Assembly (NCBI GenBank): GCA_023146135.1 | Contig: JAGLCR010000027.1 | Location: forward strand, 609-64,608 | Direction: 5' to 3' | DNA length: 64,000 bases | Source: Bacteroidales bacterium | GTDB taxonomy: Bacteria > Bacteroidota > Bacteroidia > Bacteroidales > UBA1556 | Part shown: positions 8,633-17,731 of the stretch, piece after piece | Numbering within the stretch: position 1 is the stretch's first letter | Layout: each line of letters opens with the position of its first letter | Translations under genes and position numbers: made by a program | The notes under the pieces: model-generated | Told to the model about the DNA's origin: nothing | Databases searched by the model: none | What the model saw: only the letters and a program-made list of their open reading frames with translations

Positions 8633-10510
8633 GTGAATAACAAAATTAAAATACTACTATTTATTTTTATTTTTTCTGGACATAATTTATGGTCTCAGGA
8701 TAGATTTGCTGTTATAAATATTGAATTAAGTAAGTTAGCAAAAACAGTCGATGGATTAAATCAAACTATAGATTTTTCAGCCTCAGGTGCAACTATTCCT
8801 GATTTTGTTAGAGCTCTGGGCCTTAACAATAAAATCAATGTAAGTATAGACCCAAGTATTAATGGTCATGTTGTATATAACTTCTCAGGAGTAGTCGCCA
8901 AAGATATTCTATTATTTCTATGCACTGAATATGATCTTGACATTAAATTGATTGGGTCAATAATATCTATACATAAGTATAGAGCACCTATAATTGAAAT
9001 GAAATACATTCCAAAAGAAATAGATGTTAAGTATAACAGAAAAGAGGAGCTGCTCTCAATCAATCTTCATAATGACAGCCTTTTCTTAGTTGCAAAAGCT
9101 CTTACAAATATTACTGGGAAGAATATAATCTTGAGCCCAAAAGCCAAAAATGTAATTGTTAGTACATATATCACGGAAATGCCAGTAGAAGCGTCTATTT
9201 CAAAATTAGCCTACTCAAATGGTCTTGAGTATAGCTTAACTAAGGATGGTTTTTATCTTCTAAGCATTAGTCAGAATACTAAGTCCAATAATAAAAAAGG
9301 TAACCAAAAGTCAAATGAGACCCAAAGTAAACTTAATGTTACTGTCGAGAATAACCTTATTTCTGTCGAATCATGGAATGCAAATATCTCAGATGTTTTA
9401 ATTGAAGTTTCCGAAGAGTGTGGTGAAAATTATTTCCTGCTCACGCCAATTGAAGAACAAATCACAATGGCAATACACTCGGTTAGTTTTGAAGAGTTCT
9501 TATTATTCATTCTAACGGGAACAGAATATTCATATTCAAGGAATAATGAATCATTCTACATAGGAAAGAAGGATGAAAAAGGACTTAAATTGACAAAAGT
9601 AATTCAGCTTCAACATAGATCAGTTGTTGATTTTTCAAATTATATCCCCTCAAGCCTTAAGTCCGAATTAGAAGTAATTGAGTTTAATGAGCAAAATAGT
9701 TTAATTGTAAATGGCTCATATAGCTTAATCCTCAAGTTGGAGGAGTTTATCCTCTCCGTTGATAAAGTTGTACCAATGGTGATAATTGATATTCTAATAA
9801 TTGATAATAAATCCAACTATACAATCGCAACAGGAATAAGTGCTGGCTTATCAGACAAACCTGTGAATACCTCTGTAAGCTTGTTGCCAGGAGTCGATGT
9901 AACTCTTGGTGCTCAGTCAATAAACCAGCTAATTAACAGCTTTAATGGGTATGGGCTCGTAAACCTTGGTAAAGTTACTCCCAATTTTTACCTTTCAATT
10001 AAAGCTTTAGAAGCCAATGGTGTAATTAAAGTTAAATCAACACCAAAGCTGTCAACACTCAATGGAAGTGAGGCTGAATTAACACTAGGGAATACAACAT
10101 ATTATTATGAAGAGCGGAATGATGTAATTTCAAATCAATCAACACAAAACATAACTACAAAACAGTACAAATCACTGCAAGCGGATTTCAAAGTAACGAT
10201 ACTCCCAATTGTTTCAGGAGATGAACAAGTTACACTTGAAATCACAGTTGACCAGTCAGATTTCACAGGTGAAGTAGTAGATGGCGCTCCACCAGGTCAA
10301 GTTACAAGAAGCTTTTCTTCAGTTGTTAGAGTTAAAAATGGAGAAATGATATTACTAGGAGGGCTGGAAGAAAAAACTAAATCTCAAGAAGCAAGAGGGA
10401 TTCCGATACTAAGTAGAATACCAGTACTAAAATGGCTCTTCTCATCAAGAAAGAAAGAAAAAAAATCGAGCAAATTAAACATATTTATTAAACCAACAAT
10501 AGTCTATTAA
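8633..10510 (+). CDS. Secretin (GspD/PilQ family), 625 aa
   Basis: Signal peptide MNNKIKILLFIFIFSGHNLWSQ. The C-terminal secretin core contains VVRVKNGEMILLGGLEEKTKSQEARGIPILSRIPVLKWLFSSR and NIFIKPTIV. The GTG start immediately follows the ATPase stop. Confidence 0.85.
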   Translation: MNNKIKILLFIFIFSGHNLWSQDRFAVINIELSKLAKTVDGLNQTIDFSASGATIPDFVRALGLNNKINVSIDPSINGHVVYNFSGVVAKDILLFLCTEYDLDIKLIGSIISIHKYRAPIIEMKYIPKEIDVKYNRKEELLSINLHNDSLFLVAKALTNITGKNIILSPKAKNVIVSTYITEMPVEASISKLAYSNGLEYSLTKDGFYLLSISQNTKSNNKKGNQKSNETQSKLNVTVENNLISVESWNANISDVLIEVSEECGENYFLLTPIEEQITMAIHSVSFEEFLLFILTGTEYSYSRNNESFYIGKKDEKGLKLTKVIQLQHRSVVDFSNYIPSSLKSELEVIEFNEQNSLIVNGSYSLILKLEEFILSVDKVVPMVIIDILIIDNKSNYTIATGISAGLSDKPVNTSVSLLPGVDVTLGAQSINQLINSFNGYGLVNLGKVTPNFYLSIKALEANGVIKVKSTPKLSTLNGSEAELTLGNTTYYYEERNDVISNQSTQNITTKQYKSLQADFKVTILPIVSGDEQVTLEITVDQSDFTGEVVDGAPPGQVTRSFSSVVRVKNGEMILLGGLEEKTKSQEARGIPILSRIPVLKWLFSSRKKEKKSSKLNIFIKPTIVY

Positions 10511-11712
10511 TGGTAGAGATAGTAGATAATATAATCAAATCCTTCAAAAAGGAAAGATATGGACTGCATATTTGTCTTAAAAAAGACAAGCAGATTGAAT
10601 ATTATTTATTACATATTAAGCAGTCAAAAAATAGTGTGAAAATTCTAAATAAGTTCTCAACAACTGAATTTGATTTATTAAAAAAAGCCTTGACAGAAAG
10701 GCTTCCTATTTCAATTTACATTTCTGGAAATGGGGTGCTAATAAAAAAAACAAAGGAGAAAATAGAGACTAACGATGACTTATTCAAAAATTTATTCAGA
10801 AATATTGATTCTGATAAATTTTACATTCAGAGCAATCTGCAATTTGAATACAAATGGATTGCTATTATTAGTAAAGACGCAATACAACCTATTCTTAGAG
10901 AAATCCTTAAATTGAATGTTTTTATGCTTGGGGTTACAATTATTCCACCAATAACGGTTGAAAGCATCCCATTACCTGTCTCACACGATGAAGTACTATT
11001 TGGTGATAAAGTGCTAATTTTCAATAACTATTTAACTGCTATTGAGCAAACCACACAAGTGAAGGAATATGAGCTTTTAAACTGTAGTATTTCAAGTAGA
11101 TTCTTACCTTCATTCTTTATTTCAACTTTTTTGAAAGATAGACATCTAAGTAATTATTTTGATTCGGAGTTCTCTAGCGAGAAAGATTACAAAATATATC
11201 AAGCTTATAATAAAATAATTGGCTATTCGGCTGTACTCTTGCTAATACTACTTTCACTTAATTTTGCTACAATCTCATATTATAACAATCAGATTAACTA
11301 CCAAAAAGAATCGCTTCTACGAAGTGAAGCATCTCTCAAACAAATAAATGAATTAAAAAATGCTAGAAATAAGAAAAGGAGATTTGTTGAAACTCAAAAT
11401 GTCCAGAAAGGTGCTCATCATTGTATGTATATAAACGAGATATCTAGGGTCGTTCCTAACAATATAATACTAAACTCAATAACAATTTCACCAATAAGAT
11501 TCAAATCAAATAAGCTCAGTATTGATCAAAACTCCATCATAATAGAAGGGGTTTCTTATGATGGAATTGGTGTTACGGAGTTTATAAAATATATAAAAGA
11601 ATTCAGTTGGGTGGAATCAATAAAATTAGTCAGTTATAAAAAGAATAAAGAGAATAGCAATTCCATATTTCAGCTGAAAATTGACTTGTCGAAAGGAGAG
11701 AGCGATGAATAA
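10510..11712 (+). CDS. GspL-like assembly protein (PilM-like cytoplasmic part + TM + PilN-like periplasmic part)
   Basis: 400 aa with a single TM segment (IIGYSAVLLLILLSLNFATISYY) at about aa 240. This is followed by a coiled coil and a PilN-type C-terminus (IILNSITISP..IIIEGVSYDGIGVTEFIKYIKEFSWVESIKL). The ATG overlaps the secretin stop (TAATG). Assigned from architecture only. Confidence 0.5.
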   Translation: MVEIVDNIIKSFKKERYGLHICLKKDKQIEYYLLHIKQSKNSVKILNKFSTTEFDLLKKALTERLPISIYISGNGVLIKKTKEKIETNDDLFKNLFRNIDSDKFYIQSNLQFEYKWIAIISKDAIQPILREILKLNVFMLGVTIIPPITVESIPLPVSHDEVLFGDKVLIFNNYLTAIEQTTQVKEYELLNCSISSRFLPSFFISTFLKDRHLSNYFDSEFSSEKDYKIYQAYNKIIGYSAVLLLILLSLNFATISYYNNQINYQKESLLRSEASLKQINELKNARNKKRRFVETQNVQKGAHHCMYINEISRVVPNNIILNSITISPIRFKSNKLSIDQNSIIIEGVSYDGIGVTEFIKYIKEFSWVESIKLVSYKKNKENSNSIFQLKIDLSKGESDE

Positions 11713-12256
11713 GAAGATAAACTACCATTTTCGCCTAGTTTTAACAATTGCTGGAGTGATTACAACATATTTGTTAAGCTATAATTATAGTTTCTCTGAC
11801 TCAATAATACTCAAGAATGAACATATCAATAACCAACATAAGATTCAAGAATTAAAAAATGCACCAATAATAATTTTAAATTTGACAAAGGAAATAGCTC
11901 AGCTAGATGATATTATAAATATCGAGGATACTACATCTCAGGATTCAAGAAAGAGAATCATTGACTATACAGAATCAAGCTGCAAAGAACTAGACCTTTC
12001 TCTTATCGAGCTTACAGAACCTCTTATTCATACTCAAGAGAATTATATAATAACATATAATAGATTGGTCATTGAAGGCGATTATTTTCAATTAGTAAAA
12101 TTCATTTATGAGCTTGAAACAGTAACTACTAATATGATAATAATCTCAATAAGAATGTATTCCAAGAAAGAAAAAATTAGCAAGAAAACTAAGATATATT
12201 CAGAAATAGTATTTCAAACCATTAAAGATAAGGAAGGAGAATATGAAAACGTATAA
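11705..12256 (+). CDS. PilO/GspM-like assembly protein
   Basis: ORF 11681..12256 trimmed to MNKKINYHFRLVLTIAGVITTYLL (N-terminal TM). Followed by a coiled coil and an LVIEGDYFQLVKFIYELE motif like those in PilO/GspM. Overlaps the upstream gene by 8 nt. Confidence 0.45.
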   Translation: MNKKINYHFRLVLTIAGVITTYLLSYNYSFSDSIILKNEHINNQHKIQELKNAPIIILNLTKEIAQLDDIINIEDTTSQDSRKRIIDYTESSCKELDLSLIELTEPLIHTQENYIITYNRLVIEGDYFQLVKFIYELETVTTNMIIISIRMYSKKEKISKKTKIYSEIVFQTIKDKEGEYENV

Positions 12257-13217
12257 ACCATATATATTCAATCAATTAGGAGTAGTTGCAGTTGTCTTTC
12301 TATTGCTATTATTCTTTTCATGCTCAAAAATATTTGAGGAAGATTTAAGCGACAAAACAATAATTATCAATATGCCTATTGATAAATATGCTTCTAGTAG
12401 TTCATTTATGCAATTTTGGTGGGAAGGGATAGATGAATCAACCCATTACAAAATTCAAATAGTAAAACCAGATTTTGACACTATTCATAAACTATTAGTG
12501 GACTCTAATCTAACGAATAATAAGTTTGAGTGGTCATTTTCACCTGGAGAATACGAATGGCGTATTCAAGCTCATAACTCAACCAGTTTCTCTGTATTTC
12601 AAACATATAGTTTTAAAATTGACAGCTCTCTAGATCTCACAAATTCTAATATTGTACTTATTACCCCACAAAATAACACCTATTTAAATGATGTTTCAAT
12701 AAAATATGAGTGGCTAAAAGAGTATAATGCAGATTATTACATCTTCTCCATATATAACTCACTCAATATTCCTGTAGTTAATAACCAGAAATTATATATT
12801 CAAGAAATAATTATTCCTGGTCAAGAGATAAAGGATACGCTACAAGATGGGTATTATAAGTGGAGTGTGTTTGCTGAAAATTCAACTTCTACAAGTCCTA
12901 CAAGCACTTCATATTTTACTATTGACCGCTTAGAGCCAAGCTTACCTATTCTAATTAAGCCAAGTGCTTATATACATCAAAGTGGTCACCAAACCACATT
13001 TCAATGGATTTCAGGATCAGATGTTAATTATTCTTTTGATAGTTTAAAATTATATAGCGATTCAAATCTAATTACTCTTAAAAAAGCATATAAAGTTTCA
13101 ACTAACAATATATCAGACTCCCTTTCTTCAGGGGCGTACTTTTGGTTTGTAAGAACTTTTGATAAAGCGGGAAATAGAAGCTCTATAAGTGAAATACGAA
13201 AATTAACAATCAACTAA
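12243..13217 (+). CDS. Lipoprotein with three roughly 95-aa beta-sandwich-like repeats
   Basis: Lipobox LLLFFSCS. Three repeats span aa 38-127, 133-228 and 229-324. Each has a (F/Y)xW core, a GxYxW motif (GEYEWRIQA, GYYKWSVFA, GAYFWFVRT) and ends F.ID/TIN. Confidence 0.6.
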   Translation: MKTYKPYIFNQLGVVAVVFLLLLFFSCSKIFEEDLSDKTIIINMPIDKYASSSSFMQFWWEGIDESTHYKIQIVKPDFDTIHKLLVDSNLTNNKFEWSFSPGEYEWRIQAHNSTSFSVFQTYSFKIDSSLDLTNSNIVLITPQNNTYLNDVSIKYEWLKEYNADYYIFSIYNSLNIPVVNNQKLYIQEIIIPGQEIKDTLQDGYYKWSVFAENSTSTSPTSTSYFTIDRLEPSLPILIKPSAYIHQSGHQTTFQWISGSDVNYSFDSLKLYSDSNLITLKKAYKVSTNNISDSLSSGAYFWFVRTFDKAGNRSSISEIRKLTIN

Positions 13218-13229
13218 TTAGTATCATTA

Positions 13230-13733
13230 ATGAAATTTTTTAGAAAATATAAATTAATTATTCTAGTTGCCCTAACGACTCTCCTTTATGGATTAATAGG
13301 GGTTGAGATTAAAGACACCATTCTTTCTAAGAATAACTTTATCACAGATACATACCAGATGATTAATACTTCACAAGCAAATGATAGTGGTTTATATGAT
13401 CTTAATCTAGATTATCGAAACCCTTTTTTTATTGAGAACATTATAAAATCAAGAAAAACATCAAAACTAAATAGCAGAAGACCTGCACGTAAAAATATAA
13501 ATAAACAAAAGAATAAAGCCAATGGCATTAAACCTAAGACTTCGAAATGGCCTCAACTAACTCTTCATGCAATTATCCATGGTGAAGCTAATAAAATTTG
13601 TGTAATAGAATTGGATGGGACTGAAATTGTTGCAAGAGAATATGAGCAATTCTTTAACTGTAAAATCATTAAGATTCATAAAGATTCTGTTTCAATTGTA
13701 TTTAATGATGAACTAAAGATATTTAAATTATGA
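13230..13733 (+). CDS. PilP/GspC-like protein (TM anchor, basic linker, small C-terminal beta domain)
   Basis: N-terminal TM KLIILVALTTLLYGLIGV and a Lys/Arg-rich linker. The C-terminal LTLHAIIHGEANKICVIELDGTEIVAREYEQFFNCKIIKIHKDSVSIVFNDE resembles the PilP/GspC HR-domain pattern (from memory). Confidence 0.4.
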   Translation: MKFFRKYKLIILVALTTLLYGLIGVEIKDTILSKNNFITDTYQMINTSQANDSGLYDLNLDYRNPFFIENIIKSRKTSKLNSRRPARKNINKQKNKANGIKPKTSKWPQLTLHAIIHGEANKICVIELDGTEIVAREYEQFFNCKIIKIHKDSVSIVFNDELKIFKL

Positions 13734-14452
13734 TTAAGAAGATACTGATATTAAGTACGATAATATTTTTCTTTTCAGTGCCAGCACTTTGTAAAGATGC
13801 CTTAAATAGTAGAATCGTAATCGTTAATACCGACAGCTCTTATATTGTTGCATACGTTTCAAATTCGACTAAAGAACACTCTAAAAACTTAAAAGACGAT
13901 TTATGTTACTCTTGGTATCGCAGAAATAACATAATTAATACATATGGTAATTACAGCGGAGCAATATTAGATGGAGCATATACTGAATATGACTTAAAAG
14001 GGAACCTACTATCAAAAGGTATTTATGCTCAGGGATTAAAACATGAAAAATGGTATTTCTGGTCACATGGTGGTGCTTTTCTTAGAACTGTAAGTTATAA
14101 GCATGGTAAGCTTATGGGAGAATCAATACACTATGATAATCATGGCAATCCCATTTATAAAGCACTTTATAGAAATGGAAAACAAATAGGTCTATCCATA
14201 AAGTTCGTTGATAGTATAATCGTCTCAAAAACAATGTATAGAAAGGGACGAGTTAGTAGAGTTGAATACTACGAATATGGTAAGAAAATGAAAGTTATTC
14301 ATTATTCAAAATTCGGAGAAGTGAAAGAGGCGAAAAAAAAGAAAACAAAAAATCCCCAAAAGGCGGATGATAGTAGTGTAAAAATAGAAGATGATATTTC
14401 TTCTAACAAAAATTCTAAAAAAGGGTTTTGGAGAAATATACTTAAAAAATAG
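13730..14452 (+). CDS. Secreted MORN-repeat (YwqK-like) protein with a Lys-rich tail
   Basis: Signal peptide MIKKILILSTIIFFFSVPALC. Tandem MORN-variant units are visible (LDGAYTEYDLKGNLLSKGIYAQGLKHEKWYFWSHGG..VSYKHGKLMGESIHYDNHGNPIYKALYRNGKQIG). ATGA overlap with the upstream gene. Confidence 0.6.
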   Translation: MIKKILILSTIIFFFSVPALCKDALNSRIVIVNTDSSYIVAYVSNSTKEHSKNLKDDLCYSWYRRNNIINTYGNYSGAILDGAYTEYDLKGNLLSKGIYAQGLKHEKWYFWSHGGAFLRTVSYKHGKLMGESIHYDNHGNPIYKALYRNGKQIGLSIKFVDSIIVSKTMYRKGRVSRVEYYEYGKKMKVIHYSKFGEVKEAKKKKTKNPQKADDSSVKIEDDISSNKNSKKGFWRNILKK

Positions 14453-15691
14453 ATGATGAAGAAACGATTGAAAGGATATAGCCTACCCTGGGCAATTTTC
14501 ATAATGGTTATTGTATCGATTATGTTAAGCTCATTGATTCTGCTACGTTCAATTTCTCGTGATGTTTATAATCGAACTAAACTTAGTTGCAGTTTAATTA
14601 GCGACGTAGATTATGGTATTGAATATGGATTATCACAAACATCTGATATCCTAGATTCTATAATGTTAAATGGCCCAAATCCCATTATAGTAAAAAGAAG
14701 TACATGGGGATATTTCAATATTGTATTTGTGTCAGGGCAATACAATAAGTTTTATAAGTCAAAAGCTATAATATCATCATCATTAATTTCAAAGACTAAA
14801 ACGCCATCACTTGTTGTTAATCAGGCAAGAAGTACTGTGTCATTAACGGGGAACACATTAATTGAGGGAAATATTTTCGTGCCAAAAGGATACCTGGAAA
14901 GAGCCTATATTGAAGGTAAGTCATTCTCTAGGAAAAAACTCTGCAGAGGAAAAATAATGGACTCAAAGCTGTATATCGATTATTTTGATAGAAAATCATT
15001 CGTTGATAGATATAAATCGATTATTTCAAGTGTTCATAGCAAAAAGTCTATGATAAATAATGTTAAATTTGATTCACTATTAAATAGCTTTGGTAATGAA
15101 ACTATAGTACTCTACAACAGTTCTTTCATCAATCTTAAAAATATTAATCTTTCTGGAAATATTATAGTCAGATCTGATTCATTAATTGTAATAAAGAAGA
15201 ACTGTATAATAAAAAATTCTATTATTTCTGCGCCAATTATAGTAATTGAAGACGGTTTTATAGGGCAGGTACAAATTATTGCTAATGACAGTGTTCATAT
15301 TGGAGAAAAGGTGCAACTTGGCTTTCCATCAGCTATAATTTTAACTGATCCAAGTGGTATTGACTCATACATTACTATTGAAAAGAGAAGTATAATTGAC
15401 GGGTTCATTTATGCAATTTCCAGCAATAGAAGTTTAATATCGATATCAGATAAAGCATTGGTTAATGGACATATTTATTCAAACTCATGTGTAGATTGTA
15501 GAGGCACAATAAATGGCTCATTAATATGTAATAAGCTCACAACCAAGACTAAATCTTCATTCTATGAAAGTATTCTTATTGATACAAAAATATCAAACAT
15601 AGAAACTTCAAATATGATATTGGCAGGTTTAGCCTTTAGTAATAAAACTAATGAGCAAGCATTAATTGAATTGAAATCATATAGCAAATAA
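14453..15691 (+). CDS. Pseudopilin-like (GspK/PilX-like, no Glu5) N-terminus fused to a beta-helix-like body, 412 aa
   Basis: N-terminus MMKKRLKG|YSLPWAIFIMVIVSIMLSSLILL has a pilin-type hydrophobic helix after Gly, with Trp where Glu+5 would sit. The body has short repetitive strands rich in I/V/N/G (NLSGNIIVRSDSLIVIKKNCIIKNSIISAPIIVIEDGFIGQVQIIANDSVHIGEKVQLG...). Confidence 0.5.
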   Translation: MMKKRLKGYSLPWAIFIMVIVSIMLSSLILLRSISRDVYNRTKLSCSLISDVDYGIEYGLSQTSDILDSIMLNGPNPIIVKRSTWGYFNIVFVSGQYNKFYKSKAIISSSLISKTKTPSLVVNQARSTVSLTGNTLIEGNIFVPKGYLERAYIEGKSFSRKKLCRGKIMDSKLYIDYFDRKSFVDRYKSIISSVHSKKSMINNVKFDSLLNSFGNETIVLYNSSFINLKNINLSGNIIVRSDSLIVIKKNCIIKNSIISAPIIVIEDGFIGQVQIIANDSVHIGEKVQLGFPSAIILTDPSGIDSYITIEKRSIIDGFIYAISSNRSLISISDKALVNGHIYSNSCVDCRGTINGSLICNKLTTKTKSSFYESILIDTKISNIETSNMILAGLAFSNKTNEQALIELKSYSK

Positions 15692-15729
15692 TGGGAACAT
15701 TCATGGCATAATAACTTAAAAAACAAAAT

Positions 15730-16116
15730 ATGGCATTGCTTAAACCATACAAATTATCTGAGAAAAGAATTAAAGCTTTTACATTAATTGAGTCTTTAAT
15801 CTCCTTAACTATTATTACGGCAATTTTTTCCATTGCCTTAATTAGTTATTCAAATCTAATAAATCCAAAGCATGAGTTAATGCAACTCAAAGCATTTATT
15901 ACCATGGAAAGAATTAAAGTAGAGATAATGAAAGAAGACCTTCCTCTTGAATTAATCTTCGAAAAAGAGAAATCAGTTGCCTTGCAAATTGATTATGATT
16001 TATCCAAGTTGCCTAATTCATTGTACCAGTTAAAAATAAGAATTAGTTCAAACACAAACAAAGAGCTAATATCTGAGTTGATAATTCTAAGAAACTACGA
16101 AACATGGAGTCCTTAA
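15730..16116 (+). CDS. Minor pilin / pseudopilin
   Basis: Class III-type signal MALLKPYKLSEKRIKA|FTLIESLISLTIITAIFSIAL with Ala-1, Phe+1 and Glu+5. Confidence 0.7.
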   Translation: MALLKPYKLSEKRIKAFTLIESLISLTIITAIFSIALISYSNLINPKHELMQLKAFITMERIKVEIMKEDLPLELIFEKEKSVALQIDYDLSKLPNSLYQLKIRISSNTNKELISELIILRNYETWSP

Positions 16117-16604
16117 ACATCTCATTTACATATAAATATAGAGGGTTTTCAATTCTTGAATTATTAATAGTGATGATAATAAGCACCACGATAATATCTT
16201 CGTCTTTTTATATTTATGATAATATCCTAAAATACAGGACGAAACAGCAAATATTTCATGAAAAAACTATGATTTTAAAAAAATTATTCGTAGATTTGAA
16301 ACATCAGTTTGTTAGCTGTGAAAGTTTAAAAATAAATGAGAATACTGTATCTTTTGTCACAAATTTTAACGTTGAGTATGAATTCTGCTCTGATTATTTA
16401 TTAAATAAATCTCAACTTACTGATACTCTATTTCTTGATATAATTGAACTAAAGGCTTATTATAATTCAATAGAATTGCACAAAGGAACTATTGATGAAA
16501 TAAGAATTTTGGCAACATTAGATGATGAAATAATTGAGATGGCATTTTTTAAAAAATATCCATATTTTCAAAAAGTGCTAATTGAGAATAAAATGAAAAA
16601 CTAA
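16104..16604 (+). CDS. Minor pilin / pseudopilin
   Basis: Class III signal MESLNISFTYKYRG|FSILELLIVMIISTTII with Gly-1, Phe+1 and Glu+5. Overlaps the upstream gene by 13 nt. Confidence 0.75.
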   Translation: MESLNISFTYKYRGFSILELLIVMIISTTIISSSFYIYDNILKYRTKQQIFHEKTMILKKLFVDLKHQFVSCESLKINENTVSFVTNFNVEYEFCSDYLLNKSQLTDTLFLDIIELKAYYNSIELHKGTIDEIRILATLDDEIIEMAFFKKYPYFQKVLIENKMKN

Positions 16605-16613
16605 AGCCCGTAT

Positions 16614-17708
16614 ATGATACTAAATACTTTTAATAGAATACTAAATTTTGAGATTAAACTTAAGAAGTCTAAGCTTAAAGACATTAAGAAAAAGGAGTTG
16701 TTTAGTAATCTTGCTATATTGTTGAATACAGGAATAAATATTAAGGATTCCTTGGATATCTTATTGAATGACTTCTCGAATGATAAAGATACTATTCGGG
16801 CTTTAGAGTCAATTAGGGAATCTATTAGTAATGGAAAGTCGCTTGCTTTCGCATTTGAAAAGACAAATGCTTTTATTAAATATGAAGTTTTTAATATTAA
16901 AATAGGAGAAGAGACTGGAAAACTTGCAATTACAGTAATTAATCTATCTGATTATCTCAACAAGCGAATTGAATTACGTAGAAAGGTATCAAGTGCACTG
17001 TCATATCCGATTATAGTATTTATTACAGCAATCTTGGCAGTCATTTTCATGCTCACTTTTGTAGTGCCAATGTTTGAAGATATTTTTAATCGCTTTGGAC
17101 ATGAGCTGCCTTATCTAACGCAACTAATAATTGATCTATCGGATAATATTATTTGGATAGTTTTATTTGTTTTGATTATTACTTTCTCATTCATAATCAT
17201 TAACTATTCCCTAAGGTCTTCAAATACATACCAACTACACAAGTCAAAAATGATTCTGTCTATTCCTGTTGTTGGTAATATTATTAGAAAAATTCACTTA
17301 GGCAGATTCTCTTCAGCAATGGAACTTTTTATTTCTGCGAATATTCCAATTCATGAATCAATAGCTCTAATTAGGGAAATGAGTTCTTTCTATTCTCTCA
17401 AAGCAGCATTAAACCAGATCGAACACAAGTTAGTTATCGGAGATAATTTTCATGATGCGGTTAACTCTCAAGCATTTTTTGATAAGCGAATGGTAGCAAT
17501 GATTAAAGTTGGAATGGAAACAAACCGGTTAGAAGAAATCTTTAAGCTTTCAAAAGAAAACTATCACGAAGACATAACATACAATACAACTATTTTAAAT
17601 AATATATTAGAACCTATTTTGATAATATTCATTGGCTTAATAGTCGCAACTATTCTAATTGGCATGTACTTACCCATTTTTAAGCTCAGCATGTCTTTTA
17701 ATATTTAA
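16614..17708 (+). CDS. GspF/PilC-family inner-membrane platform protein
   Basis: 364 aa with two repeats of the T2SSF-type cytoplasmic domain plus TM segments (SLAFAFEKT..EVFNIKIGEETGKL and NFHDAVNSQAFFDKRMVAMIKVGMETNRLEEIF). C-terminal TM EPILIIFIGLIVATILIGMYLPIFKL. Confidence 0.85.
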   Translation: MILNTFNRILNFEIKLKKSKLKDIKKKELFSNLAILLNTGINIKDSLDILLNDFSNDKDTIRALESIRESISNGKSLAFAFEKTNAFIKYEVFNIKIGEETGKLAITVINLSDYLNKRIELRRKVSSALSYPIIVFITAILAVIFMLTFVVPMFEDIFNRFGHELPYLTQLIIDLSDNIIWIVLFVLIITFSFIIINYSLRSSNTYQLHKSKMILSIPVVGNIIRKIHLGRFSSAMELFISANIPIHESIALIREMSSFYSLKAALNQIEHKLVIGDNFHDAVNSQAFFDKRMVAMIKVGMETNRLEEIFKLSKENYHEDITYNTTILNNILEPILIIFIGLIVATILIGMYLPIFKLSMSFNI

Positions 17709-17731
17709 TATAAACCTTAAAACAACTTATT

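Noticed and set aside
11681-11704. Upstream start (MTCRKERA) for the PilO-like gene
   Set aside because: The Met at 11705 gives a normal short cytoplasmic N-terminus before the TM segment and the common 8-nt overlap. The longer form would lie wholly inside the previous gene.
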